64,000 nucleotides of DNA from Pyrinomonadaceae bacterium (GCA_049273695.1 JBASRE010000013.1:14109-78108); one strand, 5' to 3'; positions 36,176 to 45,374 are shown, counted from the stretch's first letter. Notes: a model not told the origin generated them from the letters alone. Numbers and translations: made by a program.

Positions 36176-36565
36176 TCAGTCTGGCGTGTCCAGCCGCCGC
36201 GCGCGCGCGCTTCGGAAAGAGAAAACCAGCGCGGTGACGCACGTGGCCCACAACAAGAACTTCACGACGATTACTACGAAGTTATTCGGTTCGGATGAAG
36301 TTTGCCGGATGGTTTCTTCGAGCTGGTACCAGAAACTGCTGCTCATTAATCCGGTGAAATAAGCCCACGCCAACAGCAGAAACATCGCTCCCCACGAACG
36401 CGCGCGATACGACGCCCAGGCGCCGATGAGCAGTAACGCGCCGGCCACGTAATCCTCAAACATCGTCGTGAACTCGACCGTCCAGTGATTGATGCCTCGA
36501 CGGCAAGTCTCCAGTACGGGCAGCAGTGCTCCGACGATGAACGCGGCAATGACTTCGAATCTCAT
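36176..36565 (-). CDS. small integral membrane protein (about 4 TM)
   Basis: Hydrophobic 129-aa ORF. I recognise no domain. Confidence 0.5.
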   Translation of the reverse strand: MRFEVIAAFIVGALLPVLETCRRGINHWTVEFTTMFEDYVAGALLLIGAWASYRARSWGAMFLLLAWAYFTGLMSSSFWYQLEETIRQTSSEPNNFVVIVVKFLLWATCVTALVFSFRSARARRLDTPD

Positions 36566-36976
36566 GGTGCGTCGTGCAACGGCCAGTCACTTCGGTTTTG
36601 GAAGTCACTAAACCGAAATTACGCAGATTCTAAAGTGCGCGCTCGCTTTTTTGAAAGCCTGCCGCAACGGTCAACAAACGGCAGTAGCGCGCGTCGAACT
36701 GAAATGATGGTCATGTCTTTTTGAATGAATCGGTCAGCCGCGTCCAATCCGAAACCTTTAACGATGCGGTAACGCCCCAGAAATGTAAGGTTTGACACTT
36801 TCCTGCCACGGCACACCACTCGCAAAGTGGGTTGCGACTCGAGACGTGTCGAGCGCGATCTTTTAAGTAATCATCGATAAGAGCCTGCTGCTCGCGAAAG
36901 CAGTAGTAGGCATGCACTTACCAGCCTAAGTGCCGGCGCGTCGGCATACGGCAGTGGGAGTTCCCGAAGGAGATAT

Positions 36977-38968
36977 ATGATTAAAGCCAAACCCACCAAG
37001 ACCGTTCGATTGACGATGCTCCTGGTTTTGATCGCTGTCGCAGTAGGTGTCGCGTTCAGCGTGTTTAGCGGTGAAAGATCCGCGGCGAAATCGGCCAGGA
37101 ACAAGGGCGACAAGATTTCACAGGCCATGCGCCAGCGCTTGGCAGGCGCAAACTCAAACGACGAAATCGTATCGGTAATCCTCCGACTCAAAGAGAAACC
37201 CAAGGGCGAGCTAAAGACGCTGCTCAAACGCAACGGCGTAAAAGTAAAAGGTGAGTTCGAAGAGTTCTCTTCGATCGTCGTCGAGCTTCCAGCCTCGGTA
37301 GTAGAGGAACTCGCGGCGTTCGATGAAGTCGAAGTCGCCTCGCCCGATCAGGAAGTTCGATCTTTCGGCTTTGTCGAGGGTGCGACCGGCGCGCGCGACA
37401 TGCGCTTGAGGCCCGGCAACAGCGGACTTTACGGTAAGGACATGAACATTGCGATCCTTGATTCAGGGATCGACAAGGATCACCACGGCATCGGCGATAT
37501 CGCGTTTCAAAAGGACTTCACCGGAGAGAACCGCACCGACGATCCGTTCGGGCACGGAACGCACGTCGCGTCACTCGCGGCGGGGCCCGATCACATCGCC
37601 GACGGCGCGTACACGGGAATCGCGCCTGAAGCAAGGATCATCAATTTGCGAGTGCTTGACTCGCAGGGCATCGGTAAGACCTCGAACGTTCTCAAAGCTT
37701 TGCAATGGATTGTGGCGCCCGTAGATCCGAATAAGCCGCTCGGCGAAAAGAATTATCAGAAATACAAAATTCGAGTTGTCAGCCTTAGCATTGGTGCGCC
37801 GGCAATTGACTCATACAGGATCGACCCGCTTTGCCTGGCTGTTAGGAAGCTGGTCGATACGGGCATCGTCGTGCTCGCGGCCGCCGGTAACGAGGGAACG
37901 GACAGGGCCGGACAAAAGTTTTACGGTCGGATTCATAGCCCGGCCAACGAACCCACGGCGATAACGGTCGGCGCATCGAACACGTTTGACACGGAATCGC
38001 GCGCCGATGACACCGTGACAACCTACAGCTCCCGCGGTCCGACCCGAAGTTTTCAGATGGTCGACGGCCGTAGAATCTACGACCACGTCATCAAACCGGA
38101 CATCGTTGCGCCCGGCAACAAGCTGATTGGGGCCGAGGCTGTGGACAATTCGATGGTCAGAGAGCACACCTCGCTTGATGTCACGCCCGGCAGCCAGCCC
38201 AATCACAAACTGATGGTGTTGAGCGGAACTTCAATGGCCACGCCAGTCGCCGCAGGCGCGGTGGCCCTCCTGCTTCAAGCAAATCCCAAGCTGACACCGA
38301 ACATGGTGAAGATGATTCTTCAGTACACGGCGCAGCCGCTGAAAGGCTACAACATGCTCGAGCAGGGCACCGGCCAACTGAACGTCGACGGCGCAGTCCA
38401 GCTCGCCAAGCTCGTGCGCACAGACCTGACCGCCAGAACACCTGCCGGGACGCCGATGCTGACGACAACGACATTGCCGGCCCCGCAAACCACGATTGCC
38501 GGCCATACGTTCACCTGGGCGCGCGGAATTTTCTTCCCGCGTTGGTACGCGACGGGCACGAGTCTGATTACAAAATATAAGACTTATTACGCGCAGGGCG
38601 TTGTGATCGGTGATGGCGTGGTGATCGGCGATGGGGTGGTAATCGGTGACGGCGTCGTCATTGGTGACGGTGTGGTGATCGGCGACGGCATATTGCTTGG
38701 TGACGGCGTCGTTATCGGCGACGGCATTTGGACAAGCAACGGCGGTGTCCTTGGTCACGGCACACTGTTCTGCGCCGGCGTAGTGCTGGGCGACGGGATC
38801 CTTTTGGGAGACGGCGTCGTGATTGGCGACGGAATCATTGTTTCCGACAGCCTTCTCTTAGGAAACGGCATTCTGCGCTCTCAACGTGTCTGGGCCACGC
38901 ATGTGATGGTGCAGGGCGACAATACGAGCGGGATGCCGGTGGTTTACGAAGACGGCGCCACTCCATAG
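36977..38968 (+). CDS. secreted S8 subtilisin-family peptidase with a C-terminal hexapeptide-repeat domain
   Basis: AAGGAG RBS, ATG 36977 and an N-terminal anchor. Catalytic triad motifs are DSGIDKDH, HGTHVAS and SGTSMATP. Confidence 0.9.
   Translation: MIKAKPTKTVRLTMLLVLIAVAVGVAFSVFSGERSAAKSARNKGDKISQAMRQRLAGANSNDEIVSVILRLKEKPKGELKTLLKRNGVKVKGEFEEFSSIVVELPASVVEELAAFDEVEVASPDQEVRSFGFVEGATGARDMRLRPGNSGLYGKDMNIAILDSGIDKDHHGIGDIAFQKDFTGENRTDDPFGHGTHVASLAAGPDHIADGAYTGIAPEARIINLRVLDSQGIGKTSNVLKALQWIVAPVDPNKPLGEKNYQKYKIRVVSLSIGAPAIDSYRIDPLCLAVRKLVDTGIVVLAAAGNEGTDRAGQKFYGRIHSPANEPTAITVGASNTFDTESRADDTVTTYSSRGPTRSFQMVDGRRIYDHVIKPDIVAPGNKLIGAEAVDNSMVREHTSLDVTPGSQPNHKLMVLSGTSMATPVAAGAVALLLQANPKLTPNMVKMILQYTAQPLKGYNMLEQGTGQLNVDGAVQLAKLVRTDLTARTPAGTPMLTTTTLPAPQTTIAGHTFTWARGIFFPRWYATGTSLITKYKTYYAQGVVIGDGVVIGDGVVIGDGVVIGDGVVIGDGILLGDGVVIGDGIWTSNGGVLGHGTLFCAGVVLGDGILLGDGVVIGDGIIVSDSLLLGNGILRSQRVWATHVMVQGDNTSGMPVVYEDGATP
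38597..38877 (+). repeat. in-frame 18-nt tandem repeat encoding (G-D-G-V/I-V/L-I/L)n
   Basis: GVVIGDGVVIGDGVVIGDGVVIGDGVVIGDGILLGDGVVIGDGI...GVVLGDGILLGDGVVIGDGIIVSDSLLLGNGIL. The units differ mainly at synonymous positions. Confidence 0.85.
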
Positions 38969-39062
38969 CCGAACGCATGCGGGGGTTGGCAGGATGTCGC
39001 GCCAAAACAACTAACTATGGACTGAGGAGAACGGATCTCGATACAGAGATTGAGGCGCTCGC

Positions 39063-39554
39063 CTAATCTTCCGCTCTCCTCAACTTTTTCAACAACTGAA
39101 TTTGGCCGGCGTGATAAAGATCGTGTGATGCAATGCCCATGATGATCGCGGCGTTGCTGACCTTGCTGCCTTTGGGCGTGACTTTGAGTTGAGCATCGGT
39201 CATTCCGGCCACCGCGGCGCGCATGCTGCGGTGTGATTCAACCAGCAGCTTCACATCCTTCTTCCAATCAGCCTCAGTCGCGTTCTCATCATTCGGCCGC
39301 GCAAACCAATTCGAGCCTTCCAACGAAAATGAACCGCGCGCTTCAGCGAGAATCCGCCGGCGCACGATGTACTTCCAGTAAGCAGCGTGCACAACGGTTT
39401 CCCAGATGTTGTGCCGGCCGGGCGCTGGACGCCACGTTACGTGGTCGACACGCAATCCACGAATAGAACCGCGCAGGTTCGTTCCGTGCCAGGCGCGATG
39501 ATCGAACGCCTGGTCGATCAAATCAAGAAGTAGAGAGACTTGCGGATCAGGCAT
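39063..39554 (-). CDS. DinB-superfamily metal-dependent protein
   Basis: Four-helix DinB pattern with conserved His residues: WHGTNL, VVHAAYWKY and SHDLYHAGQIQ. Confidence 0.7.
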   Translation of the reverse strand: MPDPQVSLLLDLIDQAFDHRAWHGTNLRGSIRGLRVDHVTWRPAPGRHNIWETVVHAAYWKYIVRRRILAEARGSFSLEGSNWFARPNDENATEADWKKDVKLLVESHRSMRAAVAGMTDAQLKVTPKGSKVSNAAIIMGIASHDLYHAGQIQLLKKLRRAED

Positions 39555-39569
39555 CGTTGCGTTGGTAGT

Positions 39570-40640
39570 CTATGGTTTTTTGGCGGCTTGTTTGCGCACA
39601 AAAACGAAGTCGCCACTCTCGTGGCCTGAGTTGCGCAGCGGGTTATATTCCGGCGTCTGATCGGCTTTGCCCGCCACCCTCTCCTGAACAAAGTCGCGAA
39701 ACAGCTCCGCGCCGGTAAAACTATTGCGCTCCATCTTCGTAAGTCCGGTCAGAAACACGCGCGCGAAGACTGAATGCCCATCACCACCACCGTCAGCAAC
39801 GGGCTCGTTTCCACCGCTGGCCATTAAGGTGCGTGATCTTCCCGCCTGCATCTTTTGCAGAAAGCGATCTCGCTCAGAAATTTCGCCCACGGCTAATCCC
39901 AGACTGCGATATATCGTTCCCGAATAACAACTATCTGAGACGATCAAAACATGCCGGGCAGGAATCGCTTTGACGTTACTAGTGATGTCGTCGGCGCTCA
40001 CCCAATTGGCGCTGTCTTCCTGCCGCGCATCGATCGGCAGCCAAAACGCCTTGTCAGCCTCACGATCAAAGTGACCGTGGCCGGCGTAGTAAACCAGCAG
40101 ATTGTCGTTCTGATCGAGTTTCTGCCGGTAGAAACTGATCGCCTGAAAGATGTCCTGACGGCCGGCATTCAAGATGAGTTTCGTTTCGAAGCCGTATCGT
40201 TCGCGCAGAATCGAATCGACTACGCGCGCATCCGCGACCGCGGTCTGTAACTGAGGCAGATGCCGGTAGGAATTGTTTCCGATGACTAAGGCGTAGTAGC
40301 GGCCGGGACTAACTATCGGAGCGTCGGCTGGAATTTCGGTGGTTCTCGCCGCTGGCGGCAAAGGTTCAGGTTTCGCAGTAGGCGCTGCGTATGCTCCCTT
40401 CTCGTACGCAGTCATCCACGCTCTCACATTTCGATCCGTGTTGCTGCATCGTTTCAGGAATTCGGACGCGGCTTCGTAGGCGAGATCAGGATTCGCCTCG
40501 CGGTTGTCTTTGTAAGTCTTGTAGAGAACCGGGCACGGTTTGTCGCGCAACTGGGCCTGCGTCATTCCGGGTAAACCCAATGTCAGCAAGATTAAGAGGA
40601 ACATCAAACCCCTTTTCCCGTGCATTAAATTTGCGAACAT
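39570..40640 (-). CDS. secreted caspase-family (C14) peptidase
   Basis: Signal peptide. YALVIGNNSY, catalytic His in YYAGHGH, catalytic Cys in VSDSCYSG. Confidence 0.85.
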   Translation of the reverse strand: MFANLMHGKRGLMFLLILLTLGLPGMTQAQLRDKPCPVLYKTYKDNREANPDLAYEAASEFLKRCSNTDRNVRAWMTAYEKGAYAAPTAKPEPLPPAARTTEIPADAPIVSPGRYYALVIGNNSYRHLPQLQTAVADARVVDSILRERYGFETKLILNAGRQDIFQAISFYRQKLDQNDNLLVYYAGHGHFDREADKAFWLPIDARQEDSANWVSADDITSNVKAIPARHVLIVSDSCYSGTIYRSLGLAVGEISERDRFLQKMQAGRSRTLMASGGNEPVADGGGDGHSVFARVFLTGLTKMERNSFTGAELFRDFVQERVAGKADQTPEYNPLRNSGHESGDFVFVRKQAAKKP

Positions 40641-40680
40641 AGTTTCCTCCTTACCTGCGATCTATTCGGTTCACATACCT

Positions 40681-41034
40681 GAACGTTCCAGCGCAACTTC
40701 GGTCAAGTCCTCGGGATTATATCGAACGGTAACCATCTGGCCGGGCTGAAACTTGTACACGGACGCTTCGCCAATCACATTGCCGTGCACCTGGGCCGTG
40801 AAAGAAGCGGTCGACCGGCTGCACTTCTACAATCAAGTTCACCGCGGGATTGTTGCCGTTAACGTTGACCCCCATGGGCATGTATTGAAGTATCTTCGCC
40901 GGCGCTGACACGCCTGAGTTCAGGATGCGCTCATTCTCTGTCGGTGTCTTCTCGAGAACAGCGACGCTCAACTCCGCGCAGCGCGCGTTCTGGGTTTCAT
41001 TGATCCTGTTCCGGACAACTGACGGCCCAGGCAT
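40681..41034 (-). pseudogene. small hypothetical gene, apparently frameshifted
   Basis: The ORF 40717-41034 turns into R/S-rich nonsense after ...EVQPVDRFF. The +1 frame continues as the protein-like TAQVHGNVIGEASVYKFQPGQMVTVRYNPEDLTEVALERSGM to TGA 40681-40683. Confidence 0.4.
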
Positions 41035-41110
41035 TGGATTTTGCGCCCATTAATTATTATGAAAATAATGCGCGCGTTCGGGCTCGGCGGGCGCAAAACG
41101 ACTGCTCAGC

Positions 41111-41524
41111 TTAGCCGACCCGAAACGCTGGCTCTGACTCCCGCGCGTAGCTCACCGTCAACATTTCCCATTGATGTCCGTCAGGTTCGTTCCAGTACAC
41201 GCCCCGGCCGCCATTGAATGTGTTGGTTTGAAAATCGACTGCGCCGTGGACATTGCTGCGATACGGTATTCCGGCCGCTTTGATTCTTTCAAGAATCGCG
41301 TCGAATTCGTCTGCACTCACGCGAAAGCAGTAATGAATCAACGGGAACGGATCCGCCCATTCATCAAAGTCGAACGTCAATCCATCATTGATGTACACGG
41401 CTGAGAATGGTCCGACTGTCGTTTCCGACCACGGTACGTCGAGCAATTCTCCGAGCAGCTTGGCCGCGGCGATCTTGTCGCGCGACGGAACCATTATGTG
41501 ATCGAGTTGAATGGTCATCGCCAC
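41111..41524 (-). CDS. VOC (glyoxalase/bleomycin-resistance/dioxygenase) family protein
   Basis: LDHIMVPSRD...HYCFRVS..EFDAI...YWNEPDGHQWEML is the typical VOC pattern. Confidence 0.75.
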   Translation of the reverse strand: MAMTIQLDHIMVPSRDKIAAAKLLGELLDVPWSETTVGPFSAVYINDGLTFDFDEWADPFPLIHYCFRVSADEFDAILERIKAAGIPYRSNVHGAVDFQTNTFNGGRGVYWNEPDGHQWEMLTVSYARESEPAFRVG

Positions 41525-41553
41525 TCGATTAGACGTGGTAAGAAGCGGACACC

Positions 41554-41973
41554 TCAGCGCCGCCCGAGTACGCTATCGACGGACAGTTTGCCGGCGCCAT
41601 GAATCAAGAAGAAACAGGAAGCGGCCAGCATCATTAACGCCGGAAACATATTCGGATAGGCATCACCGAGGTGCGCAATGACGATCGCCGCAACAAAATT
41701 TACAATCATCACCGCCGCCGCCGGGCGCGTAGCCGCCCCGGCCAAGAACAGAAGGCCGCAGATGAGCTGCGCGTAGACCGAAACAAATGCTGCGAACAAT
41801 GGAAAAGGCACATGGCGCGCTGATAGAAAGCCGGCGAACTCCTGCATGCGCGCGTAACTAAAGACATTGTCCTGCGTTCCATATATCAAGTGAAAGCCGA
41901 CGATCAGACGGATAAAAATGACGCCGTACTCTTTATACTTCTCGAGGAATGAAAATTTTAAACTTCGCAGCAT
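41554..41973 (-). CDS. DoxX family membrane protein
   Basis: Four TM helices. IRLIVGFHLIYG...FVSVYAQLICGLLFLAG fits DoxX. Confidence 0.75.
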   Translation of the reverse strand: MLRSLKFSFLEKYKEYGVIFIRLIVGFHLIYGTQDNVFSYARMQEFAGFLSARHVPFPLFAAFVSVYAQLICGLLFLAGAATRPAAAVMIVNFVAAIVIAHLGDAYPNMFPALMMLAASCFFLIHGAGKLSVDSVLGRR

Positions 41974-42009
41974 GGGGCCAGGTTGTTCGAGCTTCGAAGC
42001 TTCGAATGG

Positions 42010-42603
42010 TTAAGTCTGGTGGTGTTTTGATGGCAGATTCTCACGTCCCCACTTCAGGGCGCGGCTCATCCAGACGAGTTCATCCAGAAACTCTTTGACT
42101 CGTTTCTCGTATGCGGAATCCAGTAGGACGCCGTTCTGATCGAATTTCTCTTGCACCTTCGGGAAGTTGAGATCGGCGAATGTCACTGCCAGGCCCAGCT
42201 CGCGCACCACGGGCACCAGCGACTCGACGACGCGAGTTCCTCCGAAGGTCCCAGCTGAGACGCCAACCAGAGCAACGGCTTTGTGGATGTATTCTTTGAG
42301 AAGCAGATCGAGCACGCTTTTCAACGCCCCCGGATAACCGTGATTGTATTCAGGCGTGACAATCACCAGTCCATCGGCGCGGATGATGGCTTCTCGCCAT
42401 TCAGGAAAGGCATCCTTGATTCGGGTCCCGTAGTCATCTTGCGGCAGCGCAAAATCCTTCACGTCGAAAAGACGCGTTTCGATCTCGGCCCGCTTTTGCA
42501 TCTCGCGGTGCAGCCACTCTGCGACGAAGACACTCTTTCTGTCTTTGCGATTGGTGCCGAGGATTAACGGCAGGAAGAGCTTGCTGTCTAGATAGTTTTC
42601 CAT
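42010..42603 (-). CDS. NAD(P)H-dependent FMN reductase
   Basis: ATG 42603. LILGTNRKDRKS and the ADGLVIVTPEYNHGYPGALKSVLD motif. Confidence 0.85.
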   Translation of the reverse strand: MENYLDSKLFLPLILGTNRKDRKSVFVAEWLHREMQKRAEIETRLFDVKDFALPQDDYGTRIKDAFPEWREAIIRADGLVIVTPEYNHGYPGALKSVLDLLLKEYIHKAVALVGVSAGTFGGTRVVESLVPVVRELGLAVTFADLNFPKVQEKFDQNGVLLDSAYEKRVKEFLDELVWMSRALKWGRENLPSKHHQT

Positions 42604-42636
42604 AACAAGCATCACCCAAATGCGAGATCCGACGAA

Positions 42637-42730
42637 GTCCGCGAAGCGGACGGCAGCGTAAAGCCTGGGGCGTAAGCCCCAGGAAAAGTCCGCAAAACAT
42701 TCCCACGAGCCCGCGGAGCGGGCGACAGCC
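42637..42730 (+). repeat. triple-hairpin repeat module (copy 1, forward)
   Basis: GTCCGC-GAA-GCGGAC, CCTGGGGC-GTAA-GCCCCAGG and GCCCGC-GGA-GCGGGC hairpins in series. Related copies are at 44027 and 45375. Confidence 0.8.
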
Positions 42731-42828
42731 TAAACATCGGACGTAGCGATCGTCACATTCAATTGCTTTGTCTTCAAACCGTCGAGTGGATTTGCTGCGG
42801 AATGAGTCCACATGATTATACTCCCAGG

Positions 42829-42965
42829 GCTGTCACCCGCTTCGCGGGTTGATCGCGATTGACGACTTAATCCTGGGGTTTCGCTTCGCTTCACCCCAGG
42901 GCGGGGTCCCCAGCCGAGCAACTCGGCTGGGGTGCTAGACTTTATGCTGCCGCCTGCTCCGCAGG
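42829..42965 (-). repeat. triple-hairpin repeat module (inverted copy, with an extra hairpin at 42908-42932)
   Basis: GCTGTCACCCGCTTCGCGGG..CCTGGGG..CCCCAGG..CCCCAGCCGAG-CAA-CTCGGCTGGGG..GCCTGC-TCC-GCAGGC. This is the reverse orientation of 42637-42730. Confidence 0.75.
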
Positions 42966-42966
42966 C

Positions 42967-43992
42967 TTACTCGCCCGGATCAACCGGATAAGGAGCGTTT
43001 AGGTCTTTGTTCGGTTCGAGAATCATGCGCTGACGAGAATAATCGATGATCACTTTGAAGCGGCGGAAAATCTCGCCGCCGATCACGCCGTCACCTTCCT
43101 TAGTCGCGCCGTCACGTTCCGGATCACGCACGAGTCCAACTGTCGGATTAGTGAAAACAAATCGTCCTAGCTGAGCCGTTTTGGCTCGCCCGACCACGAT
43201 TTGCTGCTCGCCGCCGGCGCCACGACCGACGCTCTCTTTGATCTCAGTCATCGCCGCAACCAATCCATGTTGTTTGACGAACGGGTTGTTAAAGATGAAC
43301 GCGCGGTCCGCGCCCGTATCCACTCCCAGAACGGCGTTCAAAGACGCGCCTGCCGGCGGCGAGATCGTGACCTGCACCAGAGGAATTCTCCGATCATCCA
43401 GCACGAGGGGAATGACTTCGCCGCGCCCCCTGTACGAATAAGTTCGCGGGTCGTACAGATTCATGGTCTTCTTAAGGTAGTCGATCTCAACCACGAACGC
43501 ATTGATGAAGTCATAGCCGATCACTCCGTCAAATTCGAAACCCGGCGGCACAGGGAAATCGATCATCCCAATTTGCTGGTTCGAGACTTCGGCCCCGGCA
43601 ACTTTCAACGAAACGCCCGAAGTAAGGCTGCCTTCAATAGCCCCACCGGTCGCGGTGCCGCTGACTTGTTCCTCCGGCTTCAATCCCAATTCCGACCCTC
43701 GCCGTGAATGAAGAATCGTGTGCGAAGCGCCGGTGTCGAAGATGAATCTCAGCGGCTTTGAATTATTCACGCCCACCTGCAACAGGATTATGTTGTTATC
43801 GATCTCGAGCGGGATGTTCAGCGCACTGTTGCCGGACGTGAAGCGCGCGGTTGAAGTCACCTGCCGCTGCCGAGTTGCAGGAATTTGTTTAGATTCTTGA
43901 GCGGAAAGCTGTAACGGGAAAGCGACACCCAACAGTAGAGCGAGTGTGCAAGTGCGCGAACTAAAGCGATGCCTGTGGCTCAATCCTGACAT
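42967..43992 (-). CDS. secreted tandem retropepsin-like aspartic protease
   Basis: ATG 43992, with the signal peptide ...CTLALLLGVAFPLQLSAQ. There are two D-T-G active-site motifs (FIFDTGASHTIL and LGVDTGADRAFIF). The track start at 44127 reads through a repeat. Confidence 0.8.
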   Translation of the reverse strand: MSGLSHRHRFSSRTCTLALLLGVAFPLQLSAQESKQIPATRQRQVTSTARFTSGNSALNIPLEIDNNIILLQVGVNNSKPLRFIFDTGASHTILHSRRGSELGLKPEEQVSGTATGGAIEGSLTSGVSLKVAGAEVSNQQIGMIDFPVPPGFEFDGVIGYDFINAFVVEIDYLKKTMNLYDPRTYSYRGRGEVIPLVLDDRRIPLVQVTISPPAGASLNAVLGVDTGADRAFIFNNPFVKQHGLVAAMTEIKESVGRGAGGEQQIVVGRAKTAQLGRFVFTNPTVGLVRDPERDGATKEGDGVIGGEIFRRFKVIIDYSRQRMILEPNKDLNAPYPVDPGE

Positions 43993-44026
43993 ATCGATCT
44001 CAGATTTAATAAGCCGGATCAGAGAA

Positions 44027-44118
44027 GTCCGCAGAGCGGACGGCAGCGTAAGCCTGCGGCGTAAGCCCAGGATCACATCGCCCAAGACTTCGCGAGCCCG
44101 CGGAGCGGGCGAAAGTGC
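44027..44118 (+). repeat. triple-hairpin repeat module (copy 2, forward)
   Basis: GTCCGCAGAGCGGAC...GCCTGCGGCGTAAGCCCAGG...GCCCGCGGAGCGGGC. Confidence 0.75.
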
Positions 44119-44168
44119 TTTCATCAAGCGTATCGCTCGTAATACCCAATTCCGTTCGTCTTCAAAAA

Positions 44169-44223
44169 GCTGTCACCCGCTTCGCGGACTAACTCACTCT
44201 TCGCTTTTCGCTCGCCTCGCGAG
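44169..44223 (-). repeat. partial inverted copy of the triple-hairpin module
   Basis: GCTGTCACCCGCTTCGCGGAC followed by a degenerate remainder. Confidence 0.55.
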
Positions 44224-45330
44224 CTATCTCTTGAATTCTCTCCGATAGATATCGAAATTTCGTGTTACGCGGCCGCCCAGCTTCTCCGCGGTCTTTCGCG
44301 AAGGCCAATTATCATCCATGACAACCGTGTAGCTTGCGGTCTTGTAGCCACGTTCAATCATCGCGAGATAACTTTTAGCGGCCAGCGCCAGGTTCACGCC
44401 ACGCCCGCGATACTCTTTCTTCACGCCGATAATCAGGAGGACGCCGTGATCCACCTTTGCGAGGTGCTGCTGGAACTCTGCGAAGTTTTCTTCGATGTTT
44501 CGGCCTCGCATCGGATGAAGCGCCTGGTTGAGGTCGGGAAGCGAATAGACGGCGCCCGCTGTTTGTCCGTCAGTCTCAGCGAAAACGATGAAGTCGGCAA
44601 CCGTCAAATCTTTAAGTTCAACCGTGAAGCCACGCATGACCTGCGCCGGTATAGGCATGAATCCCCAATGAGCACTGAAGGTCTCGTTGAAGATGTTCGT
44701 TAAGGCCTCGTTTTCCTGTTCCAGCCGTTCGAAGTCACAGGAGCGAAGCGAGATTCCGGAGCTGGTGGCGTGCTCAACCATTTCGCGATAGCGCTCAGCC
44801 AATTCAGAAGTGAATTGAATTTGGTACTGCACGACGCCCTTCTCCGTAACGAAGCCGCCGTTTTTGATGTAGCTATGGTAGTACGCGGGATTAAAACCGT
44901 GGATGATGGTCGGCACTTCGTGGTAGGCATCAATGGTGAGCGGCATCTGCATTCCGCCCAAAAACGATAGACGCGCCGCCTCGCAGCCCCGGGTTTTGAG
45001 CCAGTCACACGCCGCGCTCAAAAGCGACTGGACGGCTTCATTCTGATCGGGCAGCGCTTCAAAAAAGAAAAGGTGGCCCATGCGTTCGTTCCAATGCCGG
45101 TTGTAAACTTCACTCGTCGCCGCCGCGACCGTGGCCAACACACGGTCACCCTCTTCCACCCAGAAAGGCTGAATCTGCAAGTCGGAACCGAAGCCGGCCT
45201 GACCAGCCAGCACCTTGGCCAGATGATGAGCATCGGGCGGGACCCAATGCGAGTTCTCGCGATAGACCTCCTGTGGAAAGTCAACATAACCCTGGAACTC
45301 TTCGGGGGTTGTGAGCGGCCTTACGTTCAC
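44224..45330 (-). CDS. GNAT-family N-acetyltransferase-like protein (long form)
   Basis: GTG 45330. C-terminal GVKKEYRGRGVNLALAAKSYLAMIERGYK is the acetyl-CoA-binding motif A pattern. Confidence 0.65.
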   Translation of the reverse strand: MNVRPLTTPEEFQGYVDFPQEVYRENSHWVPPDAHHLAKVLAGQAGFGSDLQIQPFWVEEGDRVLATVAAATSEVYNRHWNERMGHLFFFEALPDQNEAVQSLLSAACDWLKTRGCEAARLSFLGGMQMPLTIDAYHEVPTIIHGFNPAYYHSYIKNGGFVTEKGVVQYQIQFTSELAERYREMVEHATSSGISLRSCDFERLEQENEALTNIFNETFSAHWGFMPIPAQVMRGFTVELKDLTVADFIVFAETDGQTAGAVYSLPDLNQALHPMRGRNIEENFAEFQQHLAKVDHGVLLIIGVKKEYRGRGVNLALAAKSYLAMIERGYKTASYTVVMDDNWPSRKTAEKLGGRVTRNFDIYRREFKR

Positions 45331-45374
45331 CGTGTCAGTAGTCCTTTCGATCAGAAATTAACTTAGCCGATTAA

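Noticed and set aside
36566-36976. Short ORFs 36619-36825, 36711-36917 and 36871-37233 upstream of the S8 protease
   Set aside because: They overlap each other and have no motifs or RBS. The last one overlaps the well-supported protease start. I treat the region as promoter/leader.
38597-38877. Regular 18-nt periodicity as a possible CRISPR array or VNTR
   Set aside because: There are no spacers. The repeats are contiguous, in-frame and inside a subtilase ORF, so it is a protein hexapeptide repeat.
42434-42811. 125-aa minus-strand ORF, and the N-terminal 45 codons of track ORF 42967-44127
   Set aside because: Both are translations of the triple-hairpin repeat modules (recurrent RCRPLRGL-type strings). 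They are not genes.
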